Shown piece after piece: positions 29,301 to 36,694 of a stretch of 64,000 bases of DNA (the first letter of the stretch is position 1; every line of letters starts with the position of its first letter). Under the pieces are notes generated by a model. That model searched no databases, had not been told where the DNA came from, and saw only the letters and a program-made list of their open reading frames with translations. The stretch comes from a virus. Taxonomy: Duplodnaviria; Caudoviricetes. Location: the IMG/VR virus record IMGVR_UViG_3300032234_000388, positions 64,001-128,000 of that record; one strand, 5' to 3'. The translations under genes and the position numbers were made by a program.

Positions 29301-30179
29301 TAAATCTCGAATGAAGGTATGAGCAACTATTTCTGGTTGGCGATCACCGTCAACCTGTGCTACCCCATTTTCCCAATATTTTTCAGCATTAAAAATTGTT
29401 TGACGATTACCACCGCGTTTAAAATCGCTGATATAACCTTCTAATATATAACTTATATCACGTCTACATTTTTCTACATTATAAGTGTAGTTCACATAAG
29501 GAGAAATATTATTAGCTGAATTAAATTGTATAAAGGCTATTGCCTCTTCTTGAATAAATCGTTTATTAGCTTCAATCAGTGTTACTGCATTCAATAGCAG
29601 CGTATTATTTTGACTGCTAGGGGCAACCGGGTCGGGCAATGCGCTCAGGCCAGTGTCAATGGTATCGATTAAAAAGTCAGCTAATGTTGTAATTTCAGCA
29701 ATACTTTGTAGACCGCCTGCTGTTGGCAGTATAACTTGAGATACATCTTCAAGATTTAATGGGGTGGCAAGAGTGTTAGTTAAAATATTTGTTATAATTA
29801 ACGATTTTAAATAGGTATGGGTGTCAACTTCAACATCAGTAGACACCACTTGAACAACTCCGTCAATATAATAATTTGAGGCAACCGCATACGTTAATGA
29901 ATTTCCTCCATAGGTCAAATCATAAATGAATGCGTCTAACACATATCCGGTATCTCTTCTACATTTTGTTTCTCTAGTGGGTCCATATACATAATTAAAA
30001 TAAGGACTTAGTGCGTTGTCGGCATTGAGAGCAATTTGATTTTTTATATACTGACTCATTTCTTCTATTATAAAATTTTTATTTGCTGTCAGTAATGCAA
30101 CTGCATCGGTGTATTGTCCGAATGCTGGAGGCACTACTCCTGGAAAAAATTTATAATTTTGAATTTGCTTCTTTGCCAT
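23337..30179 (-). CDS. Giant virion structural/fibre protein (2280 aa) with two N-terminal phycobiliprotein-like helical repeats
   Basis: Thr/Gly/Ser-rich beta repeats (GxGYxxxDxITI); KCRRD motifs at Cys73 and Cys238; C-terminal repeats of about 92 aa. Confidence 0.75.
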   Translation of the reverse strand: MAKKQIQNYKFFPGVVPPAFGQYTDAVALLTANKNFIIEEMSQYIKNQIALNADNALSPYFNYVYGPTRETKCRRDTGYVLDAFIYDLTYGGNSLTYAVASNYYIDGVVQVVSTDVEVDTHTYLKSLIITNILTNTLATPLNLEDVSQVILPTAGGLQSIAEITTLADFLIDTIDTGLSALPDPVAPSSQNNTLLLNAVTLIEANKRFIQEEAIAFIQFNSANNISPYVNYTYNVEKCRRDISYILEGYISDFKRGGNRQTIFNAEKYWENGVAQVDGDRQPEIVAHTFIRDLIENFILTNTVFSNRQILVSQVIDFEANVEVFAATRVKELSNIILEVIENGLAAVPTKISNRGYIKMPGYFKIKDLLLITNASRNIIMYNFADDRLAAEITYTETLDTSFPGALYGVDKITTVTFDIDTSNMMVTDNIQIFVEGKEQIVRMNSIATDAMERQRVGIPQSMLDADFEYGLQPTKWQAIGLMRNYPSIYEIPGTEIPVVNVVTNASAPTGIGASQITVTTIGNHGLLPGDPITIKALSNSVQGFSRGEGSFLVSTVPTTSTFTFFAKAKVGTTDGEILASTYTQLRKGGYYTGSAVGLPSFNVLSNGSSGTITTSLITPIGSTSIGFSSAPPPIGAPLTGTGVVGGSQITAVTGAGGTAASTTLLSNATTGDNTLTVTSTTGIGPGLIFDRGDGVAVRVTDVTGNVVTLSGGITTNIRGTTQTFAGLSGSTSGNGVGAVFSVSRTPTYAVTTSTPGSGYVANDTILIAGTALGGAAPANNATITVTSATPVDSVATLNAASLAGGTGYSNSSAVITTSSGSGTGLTVDITQTSGIIDTVAINSPGQGYAIGETITIGAAGRIAASTNIVAGTGYSTAAGLVTTSSGGGTGCIVDIVDDGSGGIASVTIVNSGSGYAATDVVTVVQDGAAGGTFEVQSLFTQATIQVATITAGGVIQTVSISGTAVTAPSRNFISAITISEPTTAQILSDNTGINFSAIATIEVTFASAHGFIPGNTITTSITSSGTNAQLAAGPFFVEQVPTPTTLRYTARGAGLVDNTLVGNLFGRPDSFFIHRPFDGGVQLGTAGPAHGATAIRMSKKYIRYQSGKGVMYNTGALFAPSYDIRTIISNGTAVGSTITIICDDTDHGCQVGGVIVISGVATSGYNGTYTVSSIGNERQLSFIATQRLGSTSPVLGSPCQMSIKNWHGSTVRSGIFDDQNGMFWQYDGQRMAVVRRSSTFQIAGTISINVNSNIVTGANTRFTQQLATGDRIVIRGMTHVVTQLTNDTLMTVSPDYRGVTNVSSVKITKVQDLIVPQEDWNLDTCNGAGPSGYNLDVTKMQMIGIQHTWYGAGFIDFMLRGSDGNYLFVHRFRNSNVNSEAYMRTGNQPVRYEVINEGARGRLNAAMTSNQTTIPMSAEDLYWFPNSGTVYIDNELISFTGNNGSALTGCTRAANLTQFVSGSTRTFSAGVATLHTERTGVVLISNTITPIISHWGSAFMIDGQFDSDRGYIFNYAATAISATLEKNTAFLIRLAPSVSNAVIGDLGDRELLNRAQLLLSSIAISSDTVAGGGAIVVEGVLNPINYPINPANITWTGLSSQAAGGQPSFAQIAAGGSVTWSGDVRQTTATVQGAFTTTLTAPSFTPVTNALTAISFNTTTTPVTAASFGQTITALGQANGQPYGNNSYVRAVDTTRSDVLISNTQFDSLATPLAVNDTITGTGVNSTIQSITRGYLGGTFTRIVLNNLPSISSAPGAGQNVTLQVNGTYGRALSASRNDFLITQSSFAALTSTIGNTDGLSATTFLVGGQTISSVTPNFITIAGVSYARIIMSGNASANSNLAASNGAQNVAVTITIRASQTYNTAISASRNDFLITQTQFAGSTIAATDVLTAITFLTGGQTISSVTPNFVTVAGTAYARVIMSANGSTTSTAGAGNNISVTSTSAVTATYGRAFSTSRSDFLVTDSSIAGSGIVVSDVLSIAPGNSVTLASVAITGTAGQFSCTSTTLSVGQRVTITGTFGGTGSISGYSSGTQYFIVATNGSTTFTLSTTEGGGGVTTTAGTPTGLTYTLTTFINAGQTITSIIPSFVNIGGTNYTRVIMSAPANASSATGSGNNITVTVTAAGTAASYVNRNFLFFTSASWLSSGAVVGTRIATSVTSFPAGTAVNTVETRTYGATTIYRVTFSQSANTTINASSTITWQFGALYALPGEQVFSFIANPGESGELSLESLKELTATAIGGRGAFPNGPDVLAINVYKVSGSPTNTSVILRWGEAQA
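23830..25120 (-). repeat. Intragenic tandem domain repeats of about 92 aa
   Basis: (S/T)R(N/S)D(F/V)L(I/V)...TI(S/Q/T)S(V/I)...(Y/F)xR(I/V)(I/V) about 4 times; 33-nt exact repeat at 24451-24483 and 24727-24759 (276 nt apart). Confidence 0.8.
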
Positions 30180-30194
30180 TTAGTTTTCCTTGTT

Positions 30195-30926
30195 TTAACT
30201 CATCGCAACGCCAAAGGCGATTGCTCTTGAATCAACATATTTTTTATTTGATGCGTGATTACTATTAGTAGGAGTTGTTTCGATTACTACATTTGAGTTA
30301 GCTATAACATCCCCAGCCACTGTTAAATTATTTAAAGTTCCGACTGTATTTAAATTAGATGTCACAACTGACGAATTTATTGTTGTTCCAGAAAGTGTGT
30401 TTGCCGCAGCAGTAACAGTAATGTTTGAACTACCATTAAAATTTACTCCATTAATTGTTCTAGAATTTTCAAGAGTAGTTGCGGTTGAAGAATTACCATT
30501 AACATTTCCGGTTAGATTTCCAGTCACATTACCAACAACATTACCTGTATGAACACCTGCCGAATTACCAGTCAAGTCGCCAGTCACATTACCAACAACA
30601 TTACCTGTATGAACACCTGCTGAGTTGCCAGTTAAATTGCCAGTCACATTACCAACAACATTACCTGTATGTATACCTATAAATTGTGATGCAGTAAGTG
30701 TGCCAGATCCTAGATTAAAGCTAACGTTAATTGCTCCAGACTTAATGTTTGATAGGTCGTCTCTGAGCAAGGTAATACCGCCTACTGTACCGTTGTACAG
30801 TCTTAGGGTTCCTTTTTCTTGATCAAAAAATACTTCACCGCGAGATCCCAGCTTTCTATCTAAAAAAGCATCTTCTTTTGGAATTATTCGAATGCTATCA
30901 AATACTGGATTACGGACGCCTGACAT
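30195..30926 (-). CDS. Short tail fibre-like protein with GNV/GNL repeats
   Basis: FFDQEKGTLRLYNG N-terminal fibre motif, (HTGNVVGNVTGxLTGNSAGV)n, RTINGVNFNGS, ASNKKYVD. Confidence 0.7.
   Translation of the reverse strand: MSGVRNPVFDSIRIIPKEDAFLDRKLGSRGEVFFDQEKGTLRLYNGTVGGITLLRDDLSNIKSGAINVSFNLGSGTLTASQFIGIHTGNVVGNVTGNLTGNSAGVHTGNVVGNVTGDLTGNSAGVHTGNVVGNVTGNLTGNVNGNSSTATTLENSRTINGVNFNGSSNITVTAAANTLSGTTINSSVVTSNLNTVGTLNNLTVAGDVIANSNVVIETTPTNSNHASNKKYVDSRAIAFGVAMS
30520..30671. repeat. 60-nt period coding tandem repeat (about 2.5-3 units)
   Basis: CCAGTCACATTACCAACAACATTACCTGTATG recurs at 30520, 30580 and 30640. Confidence 0.9.
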
Positions 30927-30999
30927 TAATTTTTACACTCCACTTATTACAAGTATTTATCAACAACTATAATTAAATTTTATCAGCATTATAATAGCA

Positions 31000-31007
31000 T
31001 ATAAATA
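31000..31007 (+). promoter_or_regulatory. T4-type late promoter TATAAATA for plus-strand oxygenase/halogenase operon
   Basis: Exact TATAAATA, 4 nt before ATG 31012, no SD. Confidence 0.7.
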
Positions 31008-31011
31008 TGTC

Positions 31012-31590
31012 ATGCGAATAGAAAAAGACATCGGAATTTGGGAAAATGTACTCACCTCTGAGGAATGTCAGTCCCTAATAAGTCATTACGAAACACTTAC
31101 AAAGTTAAATCTTACATATTCAAGATTGGAACTTAATGATTCAATATCACATCATAAGGCCGATAGTGCTGCTTTTTTATTAGACTCACAGAGTTTAAAA
31201 ATGACTCCTGACCAATCTATTTTAGGAAATTTTTTAAGAAAATTTTGGGAGTGTTACGGGCAGTACACACAAAAATACAGCGTATTAAACGATGCAGCAA
31301 AACATCGAATACGATCAATGAAACTACAAAAAACATTGCCGGGCGAAGGATATCATATTTGGCATTTTGAATCAGACTCGCCAGAACGAGCAGATCGAAT
31401 CTGCGCATGGGGAATCTATCTTAATAGTATAGAATCTGGCGGAGAGACAGAGTTTTTGTATCAAGGAATTAGGGTGCCTGCAGTGGAAGGAACTTTAGCG
31501 TTATGGCCTGCAGGATTTACGCATACTCACAGAGGGAATCCTCCCCTGTCCGGTGAAAAGTATCTACTTACAGGTTGGGTTGAATTTTAA
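31012..31590 (+). CDS. 2OG-Fe(II) oxygenase (prolyl-hydroxylase-like)
   Basis: WHFE (HxE)...YLN...GGETEF...FTHTHRG...KYLLTGW. Confidence 0.9.
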   Translation: MRIEKDIGIWENVLTSEECQSLISHYETLTKLNLTYSRLELNDSISHHKADSAAFLLDSQSLKMTPDQSILGNFLRKFWECYGQYTQKYSVLNDAAKHRIRSMKLQKTLPGEGYHIWHFESDSPERADRICAWGIYLNSIESGGETEFLYQGIRVPAVEGTLALWPAGFTHTHRGNPPLSGEKYLLTGWVEF

Positions 31591-32207
31591 TGGAACGTCT
31601 TGAATTATTTCCCACTAGTTTTTTTACGTTTAACAATCCAAACATCGATAATGTCGAATTAATAAAAAATCTTCAAAAATATACCGATAAAATGAAACGC
31701 GGTAATATTTTAAGTTCGTTGCATCTGTTACATGATAAGCCAGAACTTTCAGAATTGTTTAATTGGATTAACTCGTGTCTAGAAGAAGTCCGTGTAGTAG
31801 AAAAATATGACTGCGAAAACTTTAAAATTACCAATAGTTGGTTTAATATTGCACTAGCCAATTCTAATATGGCTATTAATTATCATCGACATTCAATGAG
31901 CTTTTTCAGTGGCGTTTATTATCTTACTGAAGGGGCTCCTACTTTTTTTGAAGATCCTGTTCTGCATAGGACACAAGCTCAGATCGAAGTGTTAAGATTT
32001 GAATATGCGCCTACTGAAAAAATTTTTCCCGAACCAGGAAAGTTAGTTATTTTTCCTAGCTGGATGTTTCACTACGCTGCTCCTCATGTAGACAACTTTG
32101 ATCGATATATTATTAGTTTTAATTCCCTACCTTCTGGGTCTATAAACTATAATATAGCAACTGATTCTGTATCAGATATTTCAATAAATTCTAGAGAAAA
32201 AATATAA
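31590..32207 (+). CDS. Putative 2OG-Fe(II) oxygenase (TIGR02466-like, HxH)
   Basis: SWFN...HRHSMSFFSGVYY...LVIFPSWMFH...RYIISFN. Confidence 0.85.
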   Translation: MERLELFPTSFFTFNNPNIDNVELIKNLQKYTDKMKRGNILSSLHLLHDKPELSELFNWINSCLEEVRVVEKYDCENFKITNSWFNIALANSNMAINYHRHSMSFFSGVYYLTEGAPTFFEDPVLHRTQAQIEVLRFEYAPTEKIFPEPGKLVIFPSWMFHYAAPHVDNFDRYIISFNSLPSGSINYNIATDSVSDISINSREKI

Positions 32208-33703
32208 TGGTAAACTCAATATGTATAGTTGGGGGAGGCAACTCAGGATTAATGACTGCCCTTTGGTTAAAAAAACTATTTCCCTACATGTCTGTCTCAC
32301 TGATAAAATCTAAAAACATCGGAACTATCGGAGTTGGTGAAGGAAGCACAGAACACTGGACTGTGTTTTCACAAACTGTAGGAATTAATATTTCTGAGCT
32401 GATAAACGAATGCGGAGCCACTATCAAGGTTGGAATTAAATTTGAAAACTGGCACGGAGATAATACAAGTTATTTTCACAGTGTTCCTGAATTTCTAGCA
32501 ACCATGGACCCGATGACTGGCGCCGCTACTAGTATGATGAGGCTAATAGGAGACAATATTAGTAGTGAAAAATTAGTCTGGGAGTTGCCTATGCAAGGAT
32601 ACGTAAAACATCCTCTCAGTAATTATTATCAGTTTCACTTTGATAGTGAAAAATTAAATGCGTTCTTAGAAAAAAAATGTATAGCAGACGGTGTATCAGT
32701 AATAGATACTGAAATTACAGATGTAAAATTAGATCAAAACGGATTTATTGATTCTATTATTGATAATCAAACTCGATCTTATTCAGCAGATCTCTTTATC
32801 GACAGCAGCGGATTTAAAAGAGTGCTGTCATCTAAGCTAGGTGCTGAATGGGTTGATTGGTCTAAGTATCTACCTATGAACAGTGCTATTGCGTTCCAGA
32901 CTCCATACGAAGAACAACTTCCACCATATACTCTTGCACGAGCAATGAATAGCGGCTGGAACTGGAGAAGCCCGGTACAAGAACGATTTGGTAATGGGTA
33001 TGTTTTTAGCGATCACTTTATTAACGAAACTCAAGCATTAGACGAAATACAAAAATATTTTAAAGAGCCAATTAATATTGGTCGAAAAATAAACTTTGTA
33101 TCTGGAAAAGTCAATAAGGCATGGATCAAGAATTGTATATCAATTGGTCTTAGTAGTAATTTTGTTGAGCCGTTAGAAGCCAGCAGCATTGCTACTACAG
33201 TAAAGCAACTACAGATGTTATTGGGTACAATATGGAATTGGTCTAAGAGCGATACCGGTACTGTTAAAAGATACAATATGTTATTTGATGACATGATGAC
33301 AAACGTTTTAGATTTTATACAATTGCATTATTTTACACAACGCAACGACACTGAGTTTTGGCGGTGGTGTAAAAATGAAATTACTATGACTGACTTTAAT
33401 AAAGAAAACTTAGAAGTATTTAAAACTAACTTTGTTAATCAAATGCTTTTACCAGAAGATGGCATTACAGGTAATTTTAGAATCTATGATTGCTTAAATT
33501 GGATACAAGTCATGCATGGATTAAGAATGTTTGATACTGCTAAAATTAAAGAAATTTATGACAAACATTTTAGTCATCTTAGACAAATAGACGAACAATA
33601 TGCGTCTCAGGCAGATCAAGAGTTGACAGATCAATGGGTAACTTGTAGAGACGCAATTAACTTTGTTAAGAGCTTCAATACTCGGGTAGAATATAAATTA
33701 TGA
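32207..33703 (+). CDS. Flavin-dependent tryptophan halogenase family protein 1
   Basis: GGGNSG, GVGEGS, ATIKVGI (catalytic Lys position), FIDSSGF, WNWRSP, FVEPLEASS. Confidence 0.92.
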   Translation: MVNSICIVGGGNSGLMTALWLKKLFPYMSVSLIKSKNIGTIGVGEGSTEHWTVFSQTVGINISELINECGATIKVGIKFENWHGDNTSYFHSVPEFLATMDPMTGAATSMMRLIGDNISSEKLVWELPMQGYVKHPLSNYYQFHFDSEKLNAFLEKKCIADGVSVIDTEITDVKLDQNGFIDSIIDNQTRSYSADLFIDSSGFKRVLSSKLGAEWVDWSKYLPMNSAIAFQTPYEEQLPPYTLARAMNSGWNWRSPVQERFGNGYVFSDHFINETQALDEIQKYFKEPINIGRKINFVSGKVNKAWIKNCISIGLSSNFVEPLEASSIATTVKQLQMLLGTIWNWSKSDTGTVKRYNMLFDDMMTNVLDFIQLHYFTQRNDTEFWRWCKNEITMTDFNKENLEVFKTNFVNQMLLPEDGITGNFRIYDCLNWIQVMHGLRMFDTAKIKEIYDKHFSHLRQIDEQYASQADQELTDQWVTCRDAINFVKSFNTRVEYKL

Positions 33704-35205
33704 TAACCTCAATATGTATAGTTGGCGGTGGCACTAGCGGGTGTGTTGCTGCTCTAATGATTAAAGAAGCCTATCCTAATATGAATATAACTCTAATAGA
33801 GTCTAGTCAAATTGGTATTATTGGGGTAGGCGAAGGCAGCACAGAGCATTGGAAAAAATTTATAGAACATGTTGGAATTACTGTTCCAGAATTAGTTAGA
33901 GAAGCTGGTGCAACATTTAAAGTAGGAATTAAATTTACCAATTGGCACGGCGACGGCACACACTATTTTCACAGTCTTAGTGAGCAGTACGGAAGTCACT
34001 CTGTAAAATCAGGATTGCCAACTACATGGATGCGAATGATTGCAGAAAATTGGGACCCGTTAAACACTGCATGGGGTCTATCAATAAACAGCCGTCATGT
34101 GGAGCCTTTACATAACATATTAGCTCAATATCACTTTGACACATTTAAACTTAATGAATTTTTACATAAGAAATGTCGTGAAAGAAATATATCTATAATC
34201 GATACTGAGATAGTAGATGTTAAATTAGACGATCAAGGCAATGTTTTAGATTTGATTGATGTAGAATTAAAATCCCATAAACATGATTTTTATATTGACT
34301 GTAGCGGATTTAAAAGAATAATTGGAAGTAAGCTAGGCGCAGAGTGGATTGATTGTCAACATCATTTGCCTATGAATTCTGCATTGGCATTTCCAACTGA
34401 ATACACTGAAGAAATTCCGTCCTATACAGAAGCCACCGCATTAAGTAGCGGGTGGGCGTGGCGTATTCCTACTCAAGAACGCTATGGCAACGGGTATGTA
34501 TTTTGCGACAACTTTATTGACGAAACCAAAGCCTACGACGAAGTACAAAAACATTATAAAGAAGTTTTAAAGATTGAAAAGCCAATAGAGATTGGAAGAA
34601 AAATTAAATTTGGTGCCGGGTATGTTAAAGAATTTTGGTTGAAAAACTGTGTAATGGTTGGCCTAAGCGGAATATTTGTTGAGCCGCTGGAGGCTAGTAG
34701 TATAGGAACTACTATTCAACAGTGTTTTAGATTGCTGCCAAGTTTGGCATTTTATAATAAAAACGAAACTATTACTTCATCAAAGTATAATCGAGATATG
34801 AAAATAGTCAGCGAAAATATTGTAGATTTTATACAACTTCATTATATAACACAACGTCAAGACAGTAAATTCTGGCAGTGGTGTAAAAATGAACTAACTT
34901 TAACAGACTTTAACAATCAGTATCTTGATACATTTAAAGAAAGTTTTCCAAATATTCATTATTTTAATCACCCGTTGCAATTATTTTCTTATTTAAACTT
35001 TACCCAAGTTATGCACGGCCTCCGTCTTTTTAATATTGAAAAAATTAAAAAAATATACGATACACATTTTAGTCACTATACTGACGCTTCAGATAGACTT
35101 ATAAAAGAAAACAACGAATACTGCACTCAACTGCAGACCTATAGTCACAGAGAAGCGTTGAATATGCTAAAGGAACGCGGCCTTGAAGTCAAATACCATT
35201 TCTAA
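33700..35205 (+). CDS. Flavin-dependent tryptophan halogenase family protein 2
   Basis: GGGTSG, ATFKVGI, YIDCSGF, WAWRIP, FVEPLEASS. Confidence 0.92.
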   Translation: MITSICIVGGGTSGCVAALMIKEAYPNMNITLIESSQIGIIGVGEGSTEHWKKFIEHVGITVPELVREAGATFKVGIKFTNWHGDGTHYFHSLSEQYGSHSVKSGLPTTWMRMIAENWDPLNTAWGLSINSRHVEPLHNILAQYHFDTFKLNEFLHKKCRERNISIIDTEIVDVKLDDQGNVLDLIDVELKSHKHDFYIDCSGFKRIIGSKLGAEWIDCQHHLPMNSALAFPTEYTEEIPSYTEATALSSGWAWRIPTQERYGNGYVFCDNFIDETKAYDEVQKHYKEVLKIEKPIEIGRKIKFGAGYVKEFWLKNCVMVGLSGIFVEPLEASSIGTTIQQCFRLLPSLAFYNKNETITSSKYNRDMKIVSENIVDFIQLHYITQRQDSKFWQWCKNELTLTDFNNQYLDTFKESFPNIHYFNHPLQLFSYLNFTQVMHGLRLFNIEKIKKIYDTHFSHYTDASDRLIKENNEYCTQLQTYSHREALNMLKERGLEVKYHF

Positions 35206-36694
35206 AATAGTTATAATCGGAGGAGGAAGTGCAGGTTGGATGACTGCAGCCACTCTAATTTCTTCTTTCCCTGACAAAAATATAACGCTTATTGAAGCTC
35301 CTAATATTCCAATTATAGGAGTTGGCGAAAGTACTACAAATTATATGAGAGAGTGGACCAGCTCTATAGGCCTAAAAGACGAAGACTGGATGCCAGAATG
35401 CGATGCAACGTATAAATTTGGTCTAAAGTTTGTAGACTTTGCAGAAGATGAATTTTATTACCCATTTGGTCAACGGGCCGAATCTACGTGTAATCTAGCA
35501 CACTGGTTTACATATGCCGAGGCAAATAAAATTTCAAACGGCGATTTTGGAAAAGTCTTTTACGATCAACTTCCGGCTATGGAACAGAATCGAATTCCCA
35601 ACAACTTTATTGAGAACGAATCAGGATACCATTTCGATGCTGTTAAGTTTGCAACTTTTCTTAAAGAAAAGTTTGCCAAGCCCAAAGGTGTTATTCATAA
35701 ACAACAAAAAGTCATAGATGTTGTACAGGATGACACTGGAATAAAATCAATAAAATTAGATAGTGGAGAAACTGTAGATGCAGATATCTATTTTGACTGC
35801 ACTGGGTTTTTGGGATTGCTAATCGATAAAACTCTTAAAACTCCGTGGATTAGTTTTCAAGACAAACTTTGTAATAATCGAACTTGGGCTGCAAGAATAC
35901 CATATTCAAACAAAGAAGAACAATTAAAGCCCTACACTACATGCACTGCACTAAGTAGCGGTTGGGTGTGGAATGTTCCGTTATGGAACAGAATCGGAAC
36001 AGGTTATAACTATTGCGATAAATTTATATCTCCAAAGGATGCATTATTAGAATTTAAAACTCACCTAGGAACAATTAGTGAAAATATAGAATTTAGAGAT
36101 ATTAGTTGGCCTACTGGTGTTAGAGAAAAAGTATGGAATAAAAATGTTGTTGCTATTGGCCTAAGTGGTGGGTTTATTGAACCGCTAGAATCTGGCGGAC
36201 TGTATAGTGTACACGAATTTTTAAATGCTTTTTTAGATGTAACAGAAGGGCATAATCGTTGGGACGGTGTTGCCAGAGATAGCTTTAATTGGAAGTGTCG
36301 AGATATTTTTACAAAATTTGCAGACTTTGTAGAATTACATTATACAATGTCTAGAAGAGATGATTCCAACTATTGGAAATGGTACACAAGTAAAGAAAAC
36401 GTTATTGATAATAATTCTATATTAAAACAATTGTTTGATTATCAACATCATAGTCCGTATAGTGTATCAGAATTAAACAACATGTGGTTTGGGTTATCGA
36501 TGTTAGTTGGCGGTTATAAGTATTCTCTTAGAAATCAAAGAAAATTAAAATACTTCACTGAAAAATTTTCAGAATTTAAATTAGCTGATGACATAATAGC
36601 TCGGATACAAACTAGATTAAAAAATTCAGATTTACCCCAAACGCACTATTTGAAAAATATTGATTTTTATGAACATACCTTATACAAAAAATAA
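35183..36694 (+). CDS. Flavin-dependent tryptophan halogenase family protein 3
   Basis: TTG start; GGGSAG, GVGEST, ATYKFGL, WVWNVP, FIEPLESGG. Confidence 0.92.
   Translation: MKSNTISKIVIIGGGSAGWMTAATLISSFPDKNITLIEAPNIPIIGVGESTTNYMREWTSSIGLKDEDWMPECDATYKFGLKFVDFAEDEFYYPFGQRAESTCNLAHWFTYAEANKISNGDFGKVFYDQLPAMEQNRIPNNFIENESGYHFDAVKFATFLKEKFAKPKGVIHKQQKVIDVVQDDTGIKSIKLDSGETVDADIYFDCTGFLGLLIDKTLKTPWISFQDKLCNNRTWAARIPYSNKEEQLKPYTTCTALSSGWVWNVPLWNRIGTGYNYCDKFISPKDALLEFKTHLGTISENIEFRDISWPTGVREKVWNKNVVAIGLSGGFIEPLESGGLYSVHEFLNAFLDVTEGHNRWDGVARDSFNWKCRDIFTKFADFVELHYTMSRRDDSNYWKWYTSKENVIDNNSILKQLFDYQHHSPYSVSELNNMWFGLSMLVGGYKYSLRNQRKLKYFTEKFSEFKLADDIIARIQTRLKNSDLPQTHYLKNIDFYEHTLYKK

Noticed and set aside
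30520-30671. Conserved block alternating with variable 19-nt segments at 60-nt period, resembling a mini CRISPR array
   Set aside because: In frame within a fibre gene; the variable parts are mostly synonymous variants of G(N/D)LTGNS; no cas genes or leader.
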